Assembly (NCBI GenBank): GCA_049968235.1
Contig: JBMFRC010000006.1
Location: 107,866-171,865 of the forward strand
Length of the DNA: 64,000 nucleotides
Direction of reading: 5' to 3'
DNA from: Candidatus Hydrogenedens sp.
GTDB lineage: Bacteria; Hydrogenedentota; Hydrogenedentia; Hydrogenedentales; Hydrogenedentaceae
Under the pieces are notes generated by a model, which saw nothing but the letters and a program-made list of their open reading frames with translations, had not been told where the DNA came from and ran no database searches. The position numbers were made by a program, and so were the translations under genes. Position 1 is the stretch's first letter, and every line of letters starts with the position of its first letter. Positions 39,819 through 50,919 of the stretch are shown piece after piece.

Positions 39819-40640
39819 ATGGAAGAAGTAAATAACATATACTTAAATGATGACCCGCTTATCATAGCGGGGAGAAAATTTAAGTCACGACTTTTAATTG
39901 GCACCGGTAAATTTCCGTCTGCCGAAGCATTACGAAGAACGATAAAGGCCTCCGGTACAGAGATTGTAACCGTAGCTCTAAGACGCGTTGACCTGAAAAA
40001 GCCAGAAAATGATAGTATCCTTTCTGTTCTCAATCCTAAAGAAATTCTTATTTTGCCCAATACCAGTGGAGCCAGAACTGCAGAAGAAGCATTAAAGTTA
40101 GCACGCATTGCCCGCTCTGCAGGATTAGAACCATGGGTAAAATTAGAACTGACACCAGAACCAAAATATTTACTACCTGACCCTATCGAAACACTAAAAT
40201 CAGCAGAACTATTAATTAAAGATGGATTTACAGTCCTTCCTTATATTCAGGCAGACCCTATTCTTGCGAAAAAATTAGAAGAATTAGGCACGGCAACAGT
40301 CATGCCTTTAGGTTCTCCCATCGGTAGCAATAAAGGATTAAAAACAAAAGAACTTATAAAAATTATTATTGAGCAATCCAATATCCCGGTAATTGTAGAT
40401 GCGGGATTAGGTGCCCCATCCCATTCCGCAGAAGCAATGGAAATGGGGGCAGATGCCGTCCTTGTTAACACTGCTCTTGCTGACGCTCAAGAACACGAAA
40501 AAATGGCGCTGGCTTTCCGTCTATCTACTGAAGCAGGACGGTTAGCTTTTCGTGCCGGATTGGGTCCGCAACGAGATATAGCAGAGGCTTCTTCTCCATT
40601 AACAGGTTTCTTATTTAACACAAAGAACAAATCCGAATAG
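39819..40640 (+). CDS. thiG: thiazole synthase
   Basis: [22 protein letters not shown]-terminus and TIM-barrel ThiG length (273 aa). Confidence 0.85.
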   Translation: MEEVNNIYLNDDPLIIAGRKFKSRLLIGTGKFPSAEALRRTIKASGTEIVTVALRRVDLKKPENDSILSVLNPKEILILPNTSGARTAEEALKLARIARSAGLEPWVKLELTPEPKYLLPDPIETLKSAELLIKDGFTVLPYIQADPILAKKLEELGTATVMPLGSPIGSNKGLKTKELIKIIIEQSNIPVIVDAGLGAPSHSAEAMEMGADAVLVNTALADAQEHEKMALAFRLSTEAGRLAFRAGLGPQRDIAEASSPLTGFLFNTKNKSE

Positions 40641-40663
40641 CAACACTATCATGGTGTAATGAT

Positions 40664-41818
40664 ATGGAACCCTACTCTTTTGCAAATATTCTCAATAAAT
40701 GGAATTCAGAACTTATTAACGAGGTATATGAAAAAACCAATGAAGACAAAGTATTGTATGCGTTAGGGAAAGAATCTTTATCTATTGAAGATTTAATTGC
40801 CCTTCTTTCACCAAAAGCATTACCTTTCCTCGAAAAAATGGCTCAAAAAGCAAACCGATTAACACGCTGGCATTTTGGAAGAACTATATCCATATACGCA
40901 CCTATATATCTTTCAAATCTTTGTGCTTCGGATTGTGTATATTGCTATTTTGCATCGCACTCCGGTATTCGTGAAAAACGAGTTACACTTACCGAAGAAG
41001 AAATACGAGGGGAATGCATTGAACTGAACAAAAAAGGTATTCAAACCATATTACTTTTGACAGGTGATGCCCCTAAAATAGTTACTGTGGACTATATATC
41101 TCAGGCAGTCCGTATCGCAAAAGAGTACTTTAAATCGGTTAGTATCGAGGTATATTCTATGGATGAAGAGCATTATACTCAATTAGCAAATGACGGGACA
41201 GAAGGGGTCACCTTATATATGGAAACTTATGATAAAGAAACTTATGATAAAGTGCACTTATCTGGAAAGAAAAAAGACTATCTATATCGACTCGATGCTC
41301 TGGAAAGAGCGGGTAGAGCCGGTATCCGCAGGCTTACTTGCGGAGTCCTGCTTGGATTAAGTGACTGGCGTCTCGATGTTGTTTGGCTTGCTTTACATGC
41401 AAAATATTTAGAAAAAATGTGCTGGAAAAGTGTGATTTCACTTTCTTTCCCAAGACTAAAACATACACCTTCTCGATTTAAAGTACCTCATTTAGTCAGC
41501 CTTCAAGAATTGGTTCAAATTATTACCGCAATGCGACTTTTTATGCCTTATTCTCCTTTTAACCTAAGTACTCGAGAAAGTGCAGAAGTACGAAATCATC
41601 TAATTCCGTTAGGGATTACTTCTATGAGTGCTGGCTCGTCAACACGACCCGGAGGATATAAAATTTACCAGAATGTTACTGATACACAACGTCCCGTATT
41701 AGAACAATTCGAAATTGATGACCACCGAACTGTGGAAGGAGTTATATCTGCCATTAAAAATAAAGGATACGACCCTGTCTGGGTTGACTTTGAACCCGGT
41801 TTTATAAAATCATTATAG
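40664..41818 (+). CDS. thiH: 2-iminoacetate synthase (radical SAM tyrosine lyase)
   Basis: CASDCVYC radical-SAM CX3CX2C. About 380 aa. Immediately downstream of thiG. Confidence 0.75.
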   Translation: MEPYSFANILNKWNSELINEVYEKTNEDKVLYALGKESLSIEDLIALLSPKALPFLEKMAQKANRLTRWHFGRTISIYAPIYLSNLCASDCVYCYFASHSGIREKRVTLTEEEIRGECIELNKKGIQTILLLTGDAPKIVTVDYISQAVRIAKEYFKSVSIEVYSMDEEHYTQLANDGTEGVTLYMETYDKETYDKVHLSGKKKDYLYRLDALERAGRAGIRRLTCGVLLGLSDWRLDVVWLALHAKYLEKMCWKSVISLSFPRLKHTPSRFKVPHLVSLQELVQIITAMRLFMPYSPFNLSTRESAEVRNHLIPLGITSMSAGSSTRPGGYKIYQNVTDTQRPVLEQFEIDDHRTVEGVISAIKNKGYDPVWVDFEPGFIKSL

Positions 41819-41838
41819 AAAACAATAGGAGTCCTAAA

Positions 41839-43443
41839 ATGAATAAATACTTTTTGCTCATTTTCTTGTTTGCTTTAACCTTTACCATAAGTGCTCAAAC
41901 AGCAAATCCAACAGAATTAAAGGAATTTTCACGCGAGAAGTACATTGACAAATGTAAAGGGGCATGGTTAGGACAAATGATAGGAGTTACTTATGGAGAT
42001 AAATATGAATTTCGTTCCAATGGAATTCCCATCCTTGAACCCTTAGATGAATGGACATCAGAAGCATTAGAACGAGCCTTTGCTCAAGATGATTTATATG
42101 TAGAAATGACCTTTTTAGAAGGTATCGAAAAATATGGCGTTAATATCTCATTTGAACAGGCTGGAAAAACCTTTGCTGATTCAAAATATCCTCTATGGCA
42201 TGCCAACAAAGCAGGTAGAGAAAATGTCAGAAAAGGGATTATGCCCCCTCTATCCGGACATCCTCGTTTTAATTCTCACGCAGATGATATTGATTTTCAG
42301 ATTGAAAGTGACCTATTCGGGATTATTACTCCCGGACTATTCAAAGAAATGCAACAACTGGGAGAAGTTTTCGGTTCTATCATGAACTATGGTGATGGAC
42401 TTTATGCCGGGTATTTTATTGCAGGAATGTATTCCGCAGCGTTTTTTATTGATGATAATGTCGAAGAAGTTGTTCGTATGGGACTGTCGTGCATTCCGCC
42501 GGAAAGCACCTATCGCAAATGTATCGAAGATGTGATAACATCGTATCATCAGCATCCGGATGATTGGCTGGAAACATGGAAATTTATTGAACATAAGTGG
42601 CAAGATGATATTGACTGTGAACCAGGAAATCTTGTAAATATTGATGCCAAAATTAATGGCGCTTATGTTGCTATTGGGTTACTTTATGGTAAAGGGGATC
42701 TGAAAAAAACGCTTGAAATTACAACCCGTTGTGGTCAGGATGCCGATTGTAATCCTTCATCATCCGCAGGTATATTATGTTGTATGAAAGGTTTCTCCGC
42801 TTTAGAACCTCTATGGAAAGAACATTTGCCAAAAGTTAGTGATAATAAATTCATTTTCACCAACTACTCATGGAACACACTTATTGACGCTTCGGTTCGT
42901 GTTGCTGAGCAAATTATTGTAAAAGCAGGTGGAACTATAGAAAATAATATCTACAAAATCCCTGTTCAAACACCAACTCCACCACCTACATTAGAACAAT
43001 GGGTCAATAAAAAAGATATGTTTAAACTACCTATTCCGCCAGAAGAAGTGGCAAAATGGAACGCTCTCTGGAAAGTAAAATCATGCAAAAAATCGGAAGA
43101 AGTGGGTGTGTTTCAAAACAAATTTGAGCGTAGCAATGTAATTATGATTACACCTCCAGAAGAAGGTGTCCCAGCTCTTATTGAATATTTCTCCGAAATA
43201 CCCGCAAATACTAAACAATTATTAATAGAGACATGCACCCCTAACAATCAGCCCTTCTCACTTCGACTTAGAGTTGATTATCTTCCTATTTATGAACAAA
43301 CTATAAATAATACCCAATGGGTAATATTACCGGTCAATATAGAAAAATGGGCTGGCAGGAAACATGTGATAACCATCGAGATTATGTCCACCGAATCAAA
43401 AAATAAAATAACTGCTTGTTTAGGTAATATTACATTTCAATAA
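41839..43443 (+). CDS. secreted ADP-ribosylglycohydrolase-family protein
   Basis: Signal peptide. N-terminal KGAWLGQMIGVTYGD and C-terminal TTRCGQDADCNPSSSAGILCCMKG resemble the ADP-ribosylglycohydrolase signatures (G-x-G-DA-G ... GGDTDT-AAIAG). Confidence 0.55.
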   Translation: MNKYFLLIFLFALTFTISAQTANPTELKEFSREKYIDKCKGAWLGQMIGVTYGDKYEFRSNGIPILEPLDEWTSEALERAFAQDDLYVEMTFLEGIEKYGVNISFEQAGKTFADSKYPLWHANKAGRENVRKGIMPPLSGHPRFNSHADDIDFQIESDLFGIITPGLFKEMQQLGEVFGSIMNYGDGLYAGYFIAGMYSAAFFIDDNVEEVVRMGLSCIPPESTYRKCIEDVITSYHQHPDDWLETWKFIEHKWQDDIDCEPGNLVNIDAKINGAYVAIGLLYGKGDLKKTLEITTRCGQDADCNPSSSAGILCCMKGFSALEPLWKEHLPKVSDNKFIFTNYSWNTLIDASVRVAEQIIVKAGGTIENNIYKIPVQTPTPPPTLEQWVNKKDMFKLPIPPEEVAKWNALWKVKSCKKSEEVGVFQNKFERSNVIMITPPEEGVPALIEYFSEIPANTKQLLIETCTPNNQPFSLRLRVDYLPIYEQTINNTQWVILPVNIEKWAGRKHVITIEIMSTESKNKITACLGNITFQ

Positions 43444-43524
43444 TTACAAAAATGAAAGAACTACCTTAAATCGTTTAAAATATATACGTGTAAAAAATAA
43501 CGAAACCTCTCTCAAAAAGGAGTT

Positions 43525-44988
43525 GTGAATATGGCTGTTGCACCCATTAACTTTCCCAAAATTCATTCAGGTCTTCCATACAAAATCAAAGATATTAAAT
43601 TAGCAGAATTGGGCAGAAAAGAAATTGAATTAGCAGAGCATGAAATGCCCGGATTAATGGCTCTTCGCGAAAGATACGCTACGAAACAGCCATTAAAAGG
43701 TGCCCGTATTATGGGCTCCCTCCATATGACAATCGAAACTGCTGTTCTGATTGAAACTTTAAAAATATTAGGTGCAGATGTCCGTTGGGCTTCGTGTAAT
43801 ATTTACTCTACTCAGGACCAGGCTGCCGCTGCTATTGTTGCTACGGGAACTCCTGTCTTCGCATGGAAAGGTGAAACACTGGAAGAATATTGGTGGTGCA
43901 CCTACCAGGCAATGTGCTTCCCAAATGGTCAAACACCCAATATGATAGTAGATGATGGAGGAGATGCAACATTACTTATTCATCGTGGATACGAATTAGA
44001 AGAATATGCCCGCAAAAATGGAAAACTTCCTCCTATTATCGATGGACATAAAGAACTCCAAATTATAGACAGTTTGCTTCATCAGATTTATCAAGAAGAC
44101 CCTGATCGCTGGCATAGGACCGTCGAAAACTGGATTGGCGTATCCGAAGAAACAACCACAGGCGTTCATCGACTATATCAAATGATGAAAGAAGGAAAAC
44201 TACTCACCCGTGCTATGAATGTCAATGATTCCGTAACCAAATCTAAATTCGATAACCTTTACGGCTGTCGTGAATCGTTAGGCGATGGGTTAAAACGAGC
44301 TACCGATGTGATGATTGCCGGAAAAACAGTCGTCGTTGCTGGTTATGGTGATGTTGGCAAAGGTTGTGCCCAGGCAATGCGCGGATTAGGTGCTCGTGTT
44401 ATTATTACTGAAATTGACCCTATCTGTGCTTTACAAGCGGCAATGGAAGGTTATGAAGTAATGAGAATGGAAGACGCAGCTCCGATTGGCGATATTTTTG
44501 TTACTGCAACAGGCTGTTGCGATGTTATTCGTGGCGAACACATGCTTAAAATGAAACATCGGGTTATTCTCTGCAATATCGGACATTTCGACGCAGAAAT
44601 TGATGTAGATTGGCTCGAAAAACAGGAAAATATTCGTGAAGAAAACATCAAACCGCAGGTAGACAAATTCATCTTCCCAGATGGCAAAGAAATCATTTTA
44701 CTTGCCCGTGGTAGATTGGTTAATTTAGGCTGTGCAACAGGACACCCCTCCTTCGTTATGTCCAATTCATTCACAAATCAAACACTCGCACAAATCGCCT
44801 TATTTACCGAACCCGAAAAATATGAACGAGGAAAAGTTTATACACTACCTAAAAAATTAGATGAAGAAGTTGCCCGTTTACATCTTGAAAAAATAGGAGT
44901 AAAATTAGACCAGCTTACTCAAAAGCAAGCAGACTACATTGGCGTCCCTATTGATGGACCCTACAAACCCGACCACTATCGCTACTAA
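43525..44988 (+). CDS. ahcY: adenosylhomocysteinase
   Basis: 487 aa. NAD-binding [23 protein letters not shown]. The long-form insertion is present. Confidence 0.9.
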   Translation: MNMAVAPINFPKIHSGLPYKIKDIKLAELGRKEIELAEHEMPGLMALRERYATKQPLKGARIMGSLHMTIETAVLIETLKILGADVRWASCNIYSTQDQAAAAIVATGTPVFAWKGETLEEYWWCTYQAMCFPNGQTPNMIVDDGGDATLLIHRGYELEEYARKNGKLPPIIDGHKELQIIDSLLHQIYQEDPDRWHRTVENWIGVSEETTTGVHRLYQMMKEGKLLTRAMNVNDSVTKSKFDNLYGCRESLGDGLKRATDVMIAGKTVVVAGYGDVGKGCAQAMRGLGARVIITEIDPICALQAAMEGYEVMRMEDAAPIGDIFVTATGCCDVIRGEHMLKMKHRVILCNIGHFDAEIDVDWLEKQENIREENIKPQVDKFIFPDGKEIILLARGRLVNLGCATGHPSFVMSNSFTNQTLAQIALFTEPEKYERGKVYTLPKKLDEEVARLHLEKIGVKLDQLTQKQADYIGVPIDGPYKPDHYRY

Positions 44989-45330
44989 TACCATATAACA
45001 AATCCATTTTTTATCCATTTAATACAATTAAAACAATATACCATAACCATTACACTATAACAAGTTTACTTATATCTGTATAATTTAATTAGAATTATAA
45101 TCCCCAACACTACTGATACTAGTTACCAGACAATTAATTCATGTTTTATCCGCATAATGCGAATATAATGATTAACTTTATTTTTTGATTTAAAAAAAAT
45201 TTAATTTAACCCACATTTTTTATTATAGGTGTGAATAATCATTTGCCCAAAAAATCCCTAAATTTACATATGCCTGTATGTATCCGCCCCGCATAAAATT
45301 GGGTATTGTTATTGTTTTGTTATAAAAAAA

Positions 45331-45366
45331 GTAATGGAGAACATGTTTGCTCTCCATTACTTTTTA
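45331..45366. terminator. bidirectional intrinsic terminator (GTAATGGAGA-loop-TCTCCATTAC, flanked by A7 and T5)
   Basis: 10-bp perfect stem, with AAAAAAA before it and TTTTT after it. It sits between the convergent ahcY and glmS genes. Confidence 0.55.
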
Positions 45367-45393
45367 TCGTTTTGTTAAAAAATTTTATTGTTT

Positions 45394-47229
45394 TTATTCG
45401 ACGGTAACGCTTTTGGCTAAATTGCGAGGTTGGTCTACATCACAGCCACGATTTACGGCAATGTAGTATGCAAAAAGTTGTAAGGGAACGGCAACGATAA
45501 TGGGACTAAAGGGTTCGTAGCAATCGGGAACATAAATTACATCTCTGCTATGGGCTACAATATCATCATCACCTTCTGTGGCTACACTGATAACCAACCC
45601 TCGGCGTGCTTTTATTTCCTGTATATTAGATACCATCTTTTCATAAGTATCGCCTTTTACTGCTATACAAATAACCGGGAAGGTTTCTGTTACCAGAGCT
45701 ATTGGACCATGCTTCATCTCTCCGGCGGCATAGCCTTCTGCATGGATATAACTGATTTCTTTTAGTTTCAATGCCCCTTCTAATGCACTCGGAAAATTGA
45801 AGTTTCTTCCTAAATAGAAGCAACTCTCTGCATCTTTATACTCGGGGCGATTTGCCAGTTCTTTTACTTTTTCGTGGTTTTTCAATATATAATCAACTTT
45901 TGCTGGAATTGTTCTTAAATGTTCAATCATTTCACGGGCTTGTTGTTTGGTGAGTGTCCCACGAATTTGCCCTAACCATATTGTAAAGAGAGCAAATGCC
46001 ATACATTGCGAGGTATATGCTTTTGTAGAAGCCACACCGATTTCGGGTCCCGCTTGCTGATAGATAACACCGTGAGATTCGCGTGCAACACTGGAACCTA
46101 CAACATTAACAATTGACGCGACTTTTGCACCACGACTTTTAGCGATGCGTATGGCTTCTAAGGTATCCGCAGTTTCTCCTGATTGTGAGACAGCAATTAG
46201 GATTGTATTGGGAGGGATAATCGGGTCTCGATAACGGAATTCCGATGCTAAATCCAATTCAACCGGGACACGGGCAAATTTTTCTATGAGATATTTGCCT
46301 ACCATTCCAGCATGCCATGCAGTCCCACAGGCAACAACATAAATTTTTTGACAGGCTTTTAATTCATCTTCGGAAATGTTCATATCTCTTAACTGCACTT
46401 TATCGGAACCTTCTTCTACCCGTCCCCGAAGTGTGCTCTGAAGGACTTCTGCTTGTTGGAAAATCTCTTTTAACATGAAATGGGGATAACCTTCCTTCTC
46501 TGCTGCTGAATCGTCCCATTCTACATTGTGAACATGGACAGGAATAGAGTTTCCATCGACATCTTCAATACAAATAGTATCTCTTCTTATTTCACAGACA
46601 TGTCCATTATCAATATAAATAACTTTGCGGGTATATTTCATAATGGCAGGGACATCCGAAGCGATATAGCCTTCGCCATCTCCAATACCTACAATAAGAG
46701 GACTTCCATTTCGTGCTGCTATTAACACATCGGGATTGTTTTTACATATTACACCAATGGCATAGGCACCTCGTAAATCTTTAAGGGCTCGTTGAACCGC
46801 TTTGAACAAATCTCCGTCATAATATTTTCTTACCAGATGCACTATGGTTTCGGTATCAGTTTGACTTCTGAACTTAATACCTTCTGCCTGTAATTGTTCA
46901 CGAAGTTCATGAAAATTTTCGATAATCCCGTTATGAACCACGGCTATTTCCATTTTCATATCAAAATGCGGATGGGAATTTACTTCTGAGGGTTCTCCAT
47001 GGGTTGCCCAGCGTGTATGTCCAATTCCCAATTGTCCCTGTATGGGGTGCTGTTCCAATTTTGCGTCGAGAACTTTTAGTTTTCCAACACTTTTTATATA
47101 CTCTAAACCATTGTTATTTACGACAGCGACACCAGCAGAGTCATAGCCACGATATTCCAGGCGGTGCAGACCTGAAAGGATAATTTCTACTGCATTTTTA
47201 GGACCTATATAACCCACAATTCCACACAT
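45394..47229 (-). CDS. glmS: glutamine--fructose-6-phosphate aminotransferase
   Basis: MCGIVGYIG N-terminal nucleophile Cys, two SIS domains, C-terminal ...KSVTVE. 611 aa. Confidence 0.95.
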   Translation of the reverse strand: MCGIVGYIGPKNAVEIILSGLHRLEYRGYDSAGVAVVNNNGLEYIKSVGKLKVLDAKLEQHPIQGQLGIGHTRWATHGEPSEVNSHPHFDMKMEIAVVHNGIIENFHELREQLQAEGIKFRSQTDTETIVHLVRKYYDGDLFKAVQRALKDLRGAYAIGVICKNNPDVLIAARNGSPLIVGIGDGEGYIASDVPAIMKYTRKVIYIDNGHVCEIRRDTICIEDVDGNSIPVHVHNVEWDDSAAEKEGYPHFMLKEIFQQAEVLQSTLRGRVEEGSDKVQLRDMNISEDELKACQKIYVVACGTAWHAGMVGKYLIEKFARVPVELDLASEFRYRDPIIPPNTILIAVSQSGETADTLEAIRIAKSRGAKVASIVNVVGSSVARESHGVIYQQAGPEIGVASTKAYTSQCMAFALFTIWLGQIRGTLTKQQAREMIEHLRTIPAKVDYILKNHEKVKELANRPEYKDAESCFYLGRNFNFPSALEGALKLKEISYIHAEGYAAGEMKHGPIALVTETFPVICIAVKGDTYEKMVSNIQEIKARRGLVISVATEGDDDIVAHSRDVIYVPDCYEPFSPIIVAVPLQLFAYYIAVNRGCDVDQPRNLAKSVTVE

Positions 47230-47310
47230 AAAAACACTCCTTTATCTCTTTTGTTTTTTTAGATATGCAATTAATGTTCGTTACAAAAATTTTATTTGAA
47301 TAAAAAAATA

Positions 47311-48351
47311 TTACTTTTTGTAATAAGACTTTATATCGTCAAGGGTTAATGGTTTATAGTCACCGGCATGTCCCGATTGTCCAAAAGCCTTCATTCTTTC
47401 AACATATACTTGATATGCCGCTTCACGAGCCGGTTTTAAATAATCTCTGGGGTCAAATTTATCCGGCTGTTCCCATAAAACTTTACGAATGGCGCCGGTT
47501 ATTGCTAAACGACTATCGGTATCAACATTTATTTTACGGACACCATTTTCAATACCTTTTTTAATCTCTTCTAATGGAATACCTTTGGTCCCTGGCATTT
47601 TACCACCATATTTGTTAATTATGTCTACTAATTCCTGGGGGACAGAACTGGAGCCATGCATAACCATGTGGCAATTGGGCATTCTTTTATGAATTTCAAT
47701 AATACGTTCCATAGCTAATTTTGGCGGTAATACTTCGCCTGTAACGGGGTCTTTTCTTGAGGATTTATATGCACCATGACTTGTTCCGATAGCAACAGCA
47801 AGCGCATCTACACCCGTTATTTTTACAAATTCTTCTGCCTGTGCGGGGTCTGTTAAATGGGCTTCTACATCTTTATCGGACAAACCTGCTCCATGTCCAT
47901 CTTCAATTCCACCCAGACAACCTAATTCCGCTTCTACTGTAACACCTAACGGGTGTGCTAATTCAACAACCTTCATTGTAACTTCAAGGTTATCCTGATA
48001 TGTATTTGGTGTTTTTGCATCTTCTTTAAGAGAGCCATCTATCATGACAGATGTAAAACCAAGTTCTATTGCTTGCTTACATGTTTCTACACTGTTTCCA
48101 TGGTCTAAATGCAATGCAACGGGAATATGGGGATATTCCTCTACTGCCGCTTCCATCAGTTTTTTAAGGTAAATCATCTTACTATATTTCAACGCTCCCC
48201 GACTTGCCTGTATAATAACAGGGCTGTTGGTATCGTTTGCAGCCTGCATAATTGCCTGGATTTGCTCCATATTATTTACATTGAAAGCACCAACACCGTA
48301 GCCACCTCTGGCTGCTTCATCAAGAATTTGTCTCATAGGAACTAATGGCAT
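47311..48351 (-). CDS. fba: class II fructose-bisphosphate aldolase
   Basis: MPLVPMRQILDEAARGGYGVGAFNVNN...LHLDHG. 346 aa. Confidence 0.9.
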   Translation of the reverse strand: MPLVPMRQILDEAARGGYGVGAFNVNNMEQIQAIMQAANDTNSPVIIQASRGALKYSKMIYLKKLMEAAVEEYPHIPVALHLDHGNSVETCKQAIELGFTSVMIDGSLKEDAKTPNTYQDNLEVTMKVVELAHPLGVTVEAELGCLGGIEDGHGAGLSDKDVEAHLTDPAQAEEFVKITGVDALAVAIGTSHGAYKSSRKDPVTGEVLPPKLAMERIIEIHKRMPNCHMVMHGSSSVPQELVDIINKYGGKMPGTKGIPLEEIKKGIENGVRKINVDTDSRLAITGAIRKVLWEQPDKFDPRDYLKPAREAAYQVYVERMKAFGQSGHAGDYKPLTLDDIKSYYKK

Positions 48352-48488
48352 AACATTTCTCCTTAATTTAATTGTTTATAGTATTATTACTCTTACAGTT
48401 TTTATAGATTTCATTTACACTTAAACTTATAGGATTATAGACGGGTAGATATAAGTTGAGTAATTATAACATTTATCGAAAATATAAA

Positions 48489-49187
48489 TCAAACACCTTT
48501 TTCTAAATTAAAAACAGGGTATTTGTTTAAGGGGCATTGTGAGCATTTAGATATTTTTCTACAATAATCTTTTCCTGTCCAGACAATAAGCCCATGATAT
48601 TCTTTATAAATATGGACATCTCGAGGTAAATATTTGTGAAAATAGTTTTGTATCTCATTATAATTTAATTTTTCATTGAGAAGTCCATGTCTTGAAAAGA
48701 TTCTTTTGGTGTATGCATCTACAACAAAAATCTGATGTCCACATGCATATAGTAAAATATCATCAGCAGTTTCGGGACCGATACCTTTTATATTTAGTAG
48801 TTCATTTCTCAATTCAATTGTATTTTTGTGTTTCATTTTTTCAATTTTTCCATCATATTTGTCAATCAAATAATTACAAAATATGATGAGCCGTTCCGCT
48901 TTTTGTCGGAAATATCCTGAGGGGCGAATAGCCTGTTCTAATTGATTTTTATTACATTGGACTATTTTATAAGGGTTGAGTAATTGTTGGTTTTTCAAAT
49001 TCTCTATGGCTTTTTCCACATTAGTCCATGCTGTATTTTGTGTTAATATAGCACCTATAGCTATTTCAAATGGGGTATCACCGGGCCACCAGCCTGTTGG
49101 GCCATAAAAATCCGATAAGGTATTATAAATATCCATTAATTTTGGTTGTTCTATTGTCTCTCTCTTCTTCCTATTACAAAACTTCAT
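48489..49187 (-). CDS. HhH-GPD superfamily DNA glycosylase (endonuclease III-like)
   Basis: ILTQNTAWTNVEKAIENL and LNIKGIGPETADDILLYA (HhH-GPD). C-terminal CRKISKCSQCP partial Fe-S loop. Confidence 0.7.
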   Translation of the reverse strand: MKFCNRKKRETIEQPKLMDIYNTLSDFYGPTGWWPGDTPFEIAIGAILTQNTAWTNVEKAIENLKNQQLLNPYKIVQCNKNQLEQAIRPSGYFRQKAERLIIFCNYLIDKYDGKIEKMKHKNTIELRNELLNIKGIGPETADDILLYACGHQIFVVDAYTKRIFSRHGLLNEKLNYNEIQNYFHKYLPRDVHIYKEYHGLIVWTGKDYCRKISKCSQCPLNKYPVFNLEKGV

Positions 49188-49189
49188 GT

Positions 49190-50080
49190 TTATGTTATTC
49201 TTTCAACTTCATTCCGTATTGCTCGGATGTGTTCAGGTGTGGTTCCACAACATCCGCCAATAATTCTGGCTCCATTTTTATAAAAATTAAAAACATATTT
49301 TGCCAATATTTCCGGTGTTTCCGGATAATGAATTCCTTCATCAGTTAATTGAGGTTGCCCTGCATTGGGATATACTAAAAAGGGTATTTCTTTTTCAAAA
49401 GCATACATTTTTTGCAATAGGATATTCATGTCCTCAACGCTTAATGTGCAATTTACCCCAAGAATAGAAACTCCTATTTGTTTCATCTCTTGAATAAACA
49501 TTTCCGGTGTTGTACCCATAATCGTGTTAAAACGTTCTCCGATACTACTTCTCATAAAAGTAAAACTGACAACTATCTCCAATTTTGTATTTTCTTTTAC
49601 AGCATATACAGCACATCGAGCTTCATCCAAATCGGACATTGTTTCAATTGTGCAAGAATCTGCTCCCCCTTCTTCTAAGGCAATAGCCTGCTCACGGAAT
49701 GCTTCATACAACTCATCTTCGGATACATCACCCATCATTATAAATTTACCACTGGGACCGATAGAAGCAAGAACATGATGCTCTTCCCCTATTGCTTTTC
49801 TTGTTAGATAAGCAGATTTCCTGTTGATTTCTTTTGCTTCATCTTCTAAACCAAAAGACTTTAATTTTATCCGATTTCCACCGAAACTATTCGTTGAGAC
49901 CAAATCGGCTCCTGCTTCCTTATACGCAATGGCAATATCACCTATGATGTCCGGATGTTTAACATTCCATAGTTCTGGACATTCCCCTGCCTGCATGCCT
50001 GCTTTTATTAATAATGTTCCCCATCCCCCATCACCGACCAGAATTTTACCCGCCTTTATTGATGCTAAAATACTATCCAT
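49190..50080 (-). CDS. homocysteine S-methyltransferase domain protein (MetH Hcy-binding-module-like)
   Basis: The start was moved to the internal MDSIL Met at 50080, which overlaps the upstream stop by 1 nt. KILVGDGGWGTLL, GVNCT and GGCCGTTPEHI supply the Zn-binding Cys triad of Pfam S-methyl_trans. Confidence 0.8.
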   Translation of the reverse strand: MDSILASIKAGKILVGDGGWGTLLIKAGMQAGECPELWNVKHPDIIGDIAIAYKEAGADLVSTNSFGGNRIKLKSFGLEDEAKEINRKSAYLTRKAIGEEHHVLASIGPSGKFIMMGDVSEDELYEAFREQAIALEEGGADSCTIETMSDLDEARCAVYAVKENTKLEIVVSFTFMRSSIGERFNTIMGTTPEMFIQEMKQIGVSILGVNCTLSVEDMNILLQKMYAFEKEIPFLVYPNAGQPQLTDEGIHYPETPEILAKYVFNFYKNGARIIGGCCGTTPEHIRAIRNEVERIT

Positions 50081-50919
50081 TAACTTTTTTCTTCTCCCAT
50101 CCTTTTTATTAAGTGTTTCCATGTTTCTTTCACTAAAAAACTATTTGGGGCATCTTTTTCAACCTGTAAAAACAATTCCCATGGGAAAGCAATTGTTAAA
50201 TAGTTATCACCTATCTGCTTTTTAACATTTAATCGTGCAGAAATATCTGTCAAACCAATAACCGATTTAGGCTCTTCACCTTCTTTTATATATGCCCAAA
50301 TACCTATTGTCTGACATCCTGCTGAATACGGAGCAATGACGCTATTCATTGTTCTACTACGGAAATTGGCAAGGATTATTAATGCTGACAACTGATGTGG
50401 CTCCACTAAAAAAACGACCGTCCTGGGTTGTTCAATATCAGAATTCACTTGTGATAAAGGCTTGAAGATAACATAATCATATGGGATATCGATAATGGGT
50501 AATGATTGAATAAAATTCTGAACTTGCTCCGGTGCGGATAGATACCCTTCTCCATATAAGAAATCCTGTATAAATTCAGGTGTAACTAAATTTCTAATTT
50601 GTTCTGCGACACCTTCGCCAATAGGATTCCCCTTATTACCTGTCGAAAGAAATCTACAAAAACAATCTTCACCTCCGGGAAAATCTTTATAACAATTTCC
50701 GAAACCAAGTCCGATACCACCACCCCAACAGCCATAGGTCTCCCGAGAGAATACCGCTGTCTTCCCCTTGGCAGAACTAACGAACCACCACATTACACAA
50801 CCCCATTTGCCAGGTTTAAATTCTATCGCATGTTCTGGTTTTTGATTTGACCATAATATCGCTACAGGCTCATATTTCAAAGATAATAAATCCGAAAGAA
50901 TCGTTTTCATACTTTTCAC
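50080..50919 (-). CDS. Cys-rich conserved hypothetical protein, DUF169/COG2043-like
   Basis: 279 aa. Motifs KWGCVMWW, YGCWGGGIGLGFGNCY, GEDCFCRF, YSAGCQTIGIW. I assigned it to DUF169 from memory of the family pattern, not from a search. Confidence 0.5.
   Translation of the reverse strand: MKSMKTILSDLLSLKYEPVAILWSNQKPEHAIEFKPGKWGCVMWWFVSSAKGKTAVFSRETYGCWGGGIGLGFGNCYKDFPGGEDCFCRFLSTGNKGNPIGEGVAEQIRNLVTPEFIQDFLYGEGYLSAPEQVQNFIQSLPIIDIPYDYVIFKPLSQVNSDIEQPRTVVFLVEPHQLSALIILANFRSRTMNSVIAPYSAGCQTIGIWAYIKEGEEPKSVIGLTDISARLNVKKQIGDNYLTIAFPWELFLQVEKDAPNSFLVKETWKHLIKRMGEEKS

Noticed and set aside
47230-47310. glmS ribozyme in the glmS 5' UTR
   Set aside because: The UTR is only about 80 nt and A/T-rich, with just a 4-bp hairpin and a good RBS (AAAGGAG). 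It is too short for the ~170-nt ribozyme.
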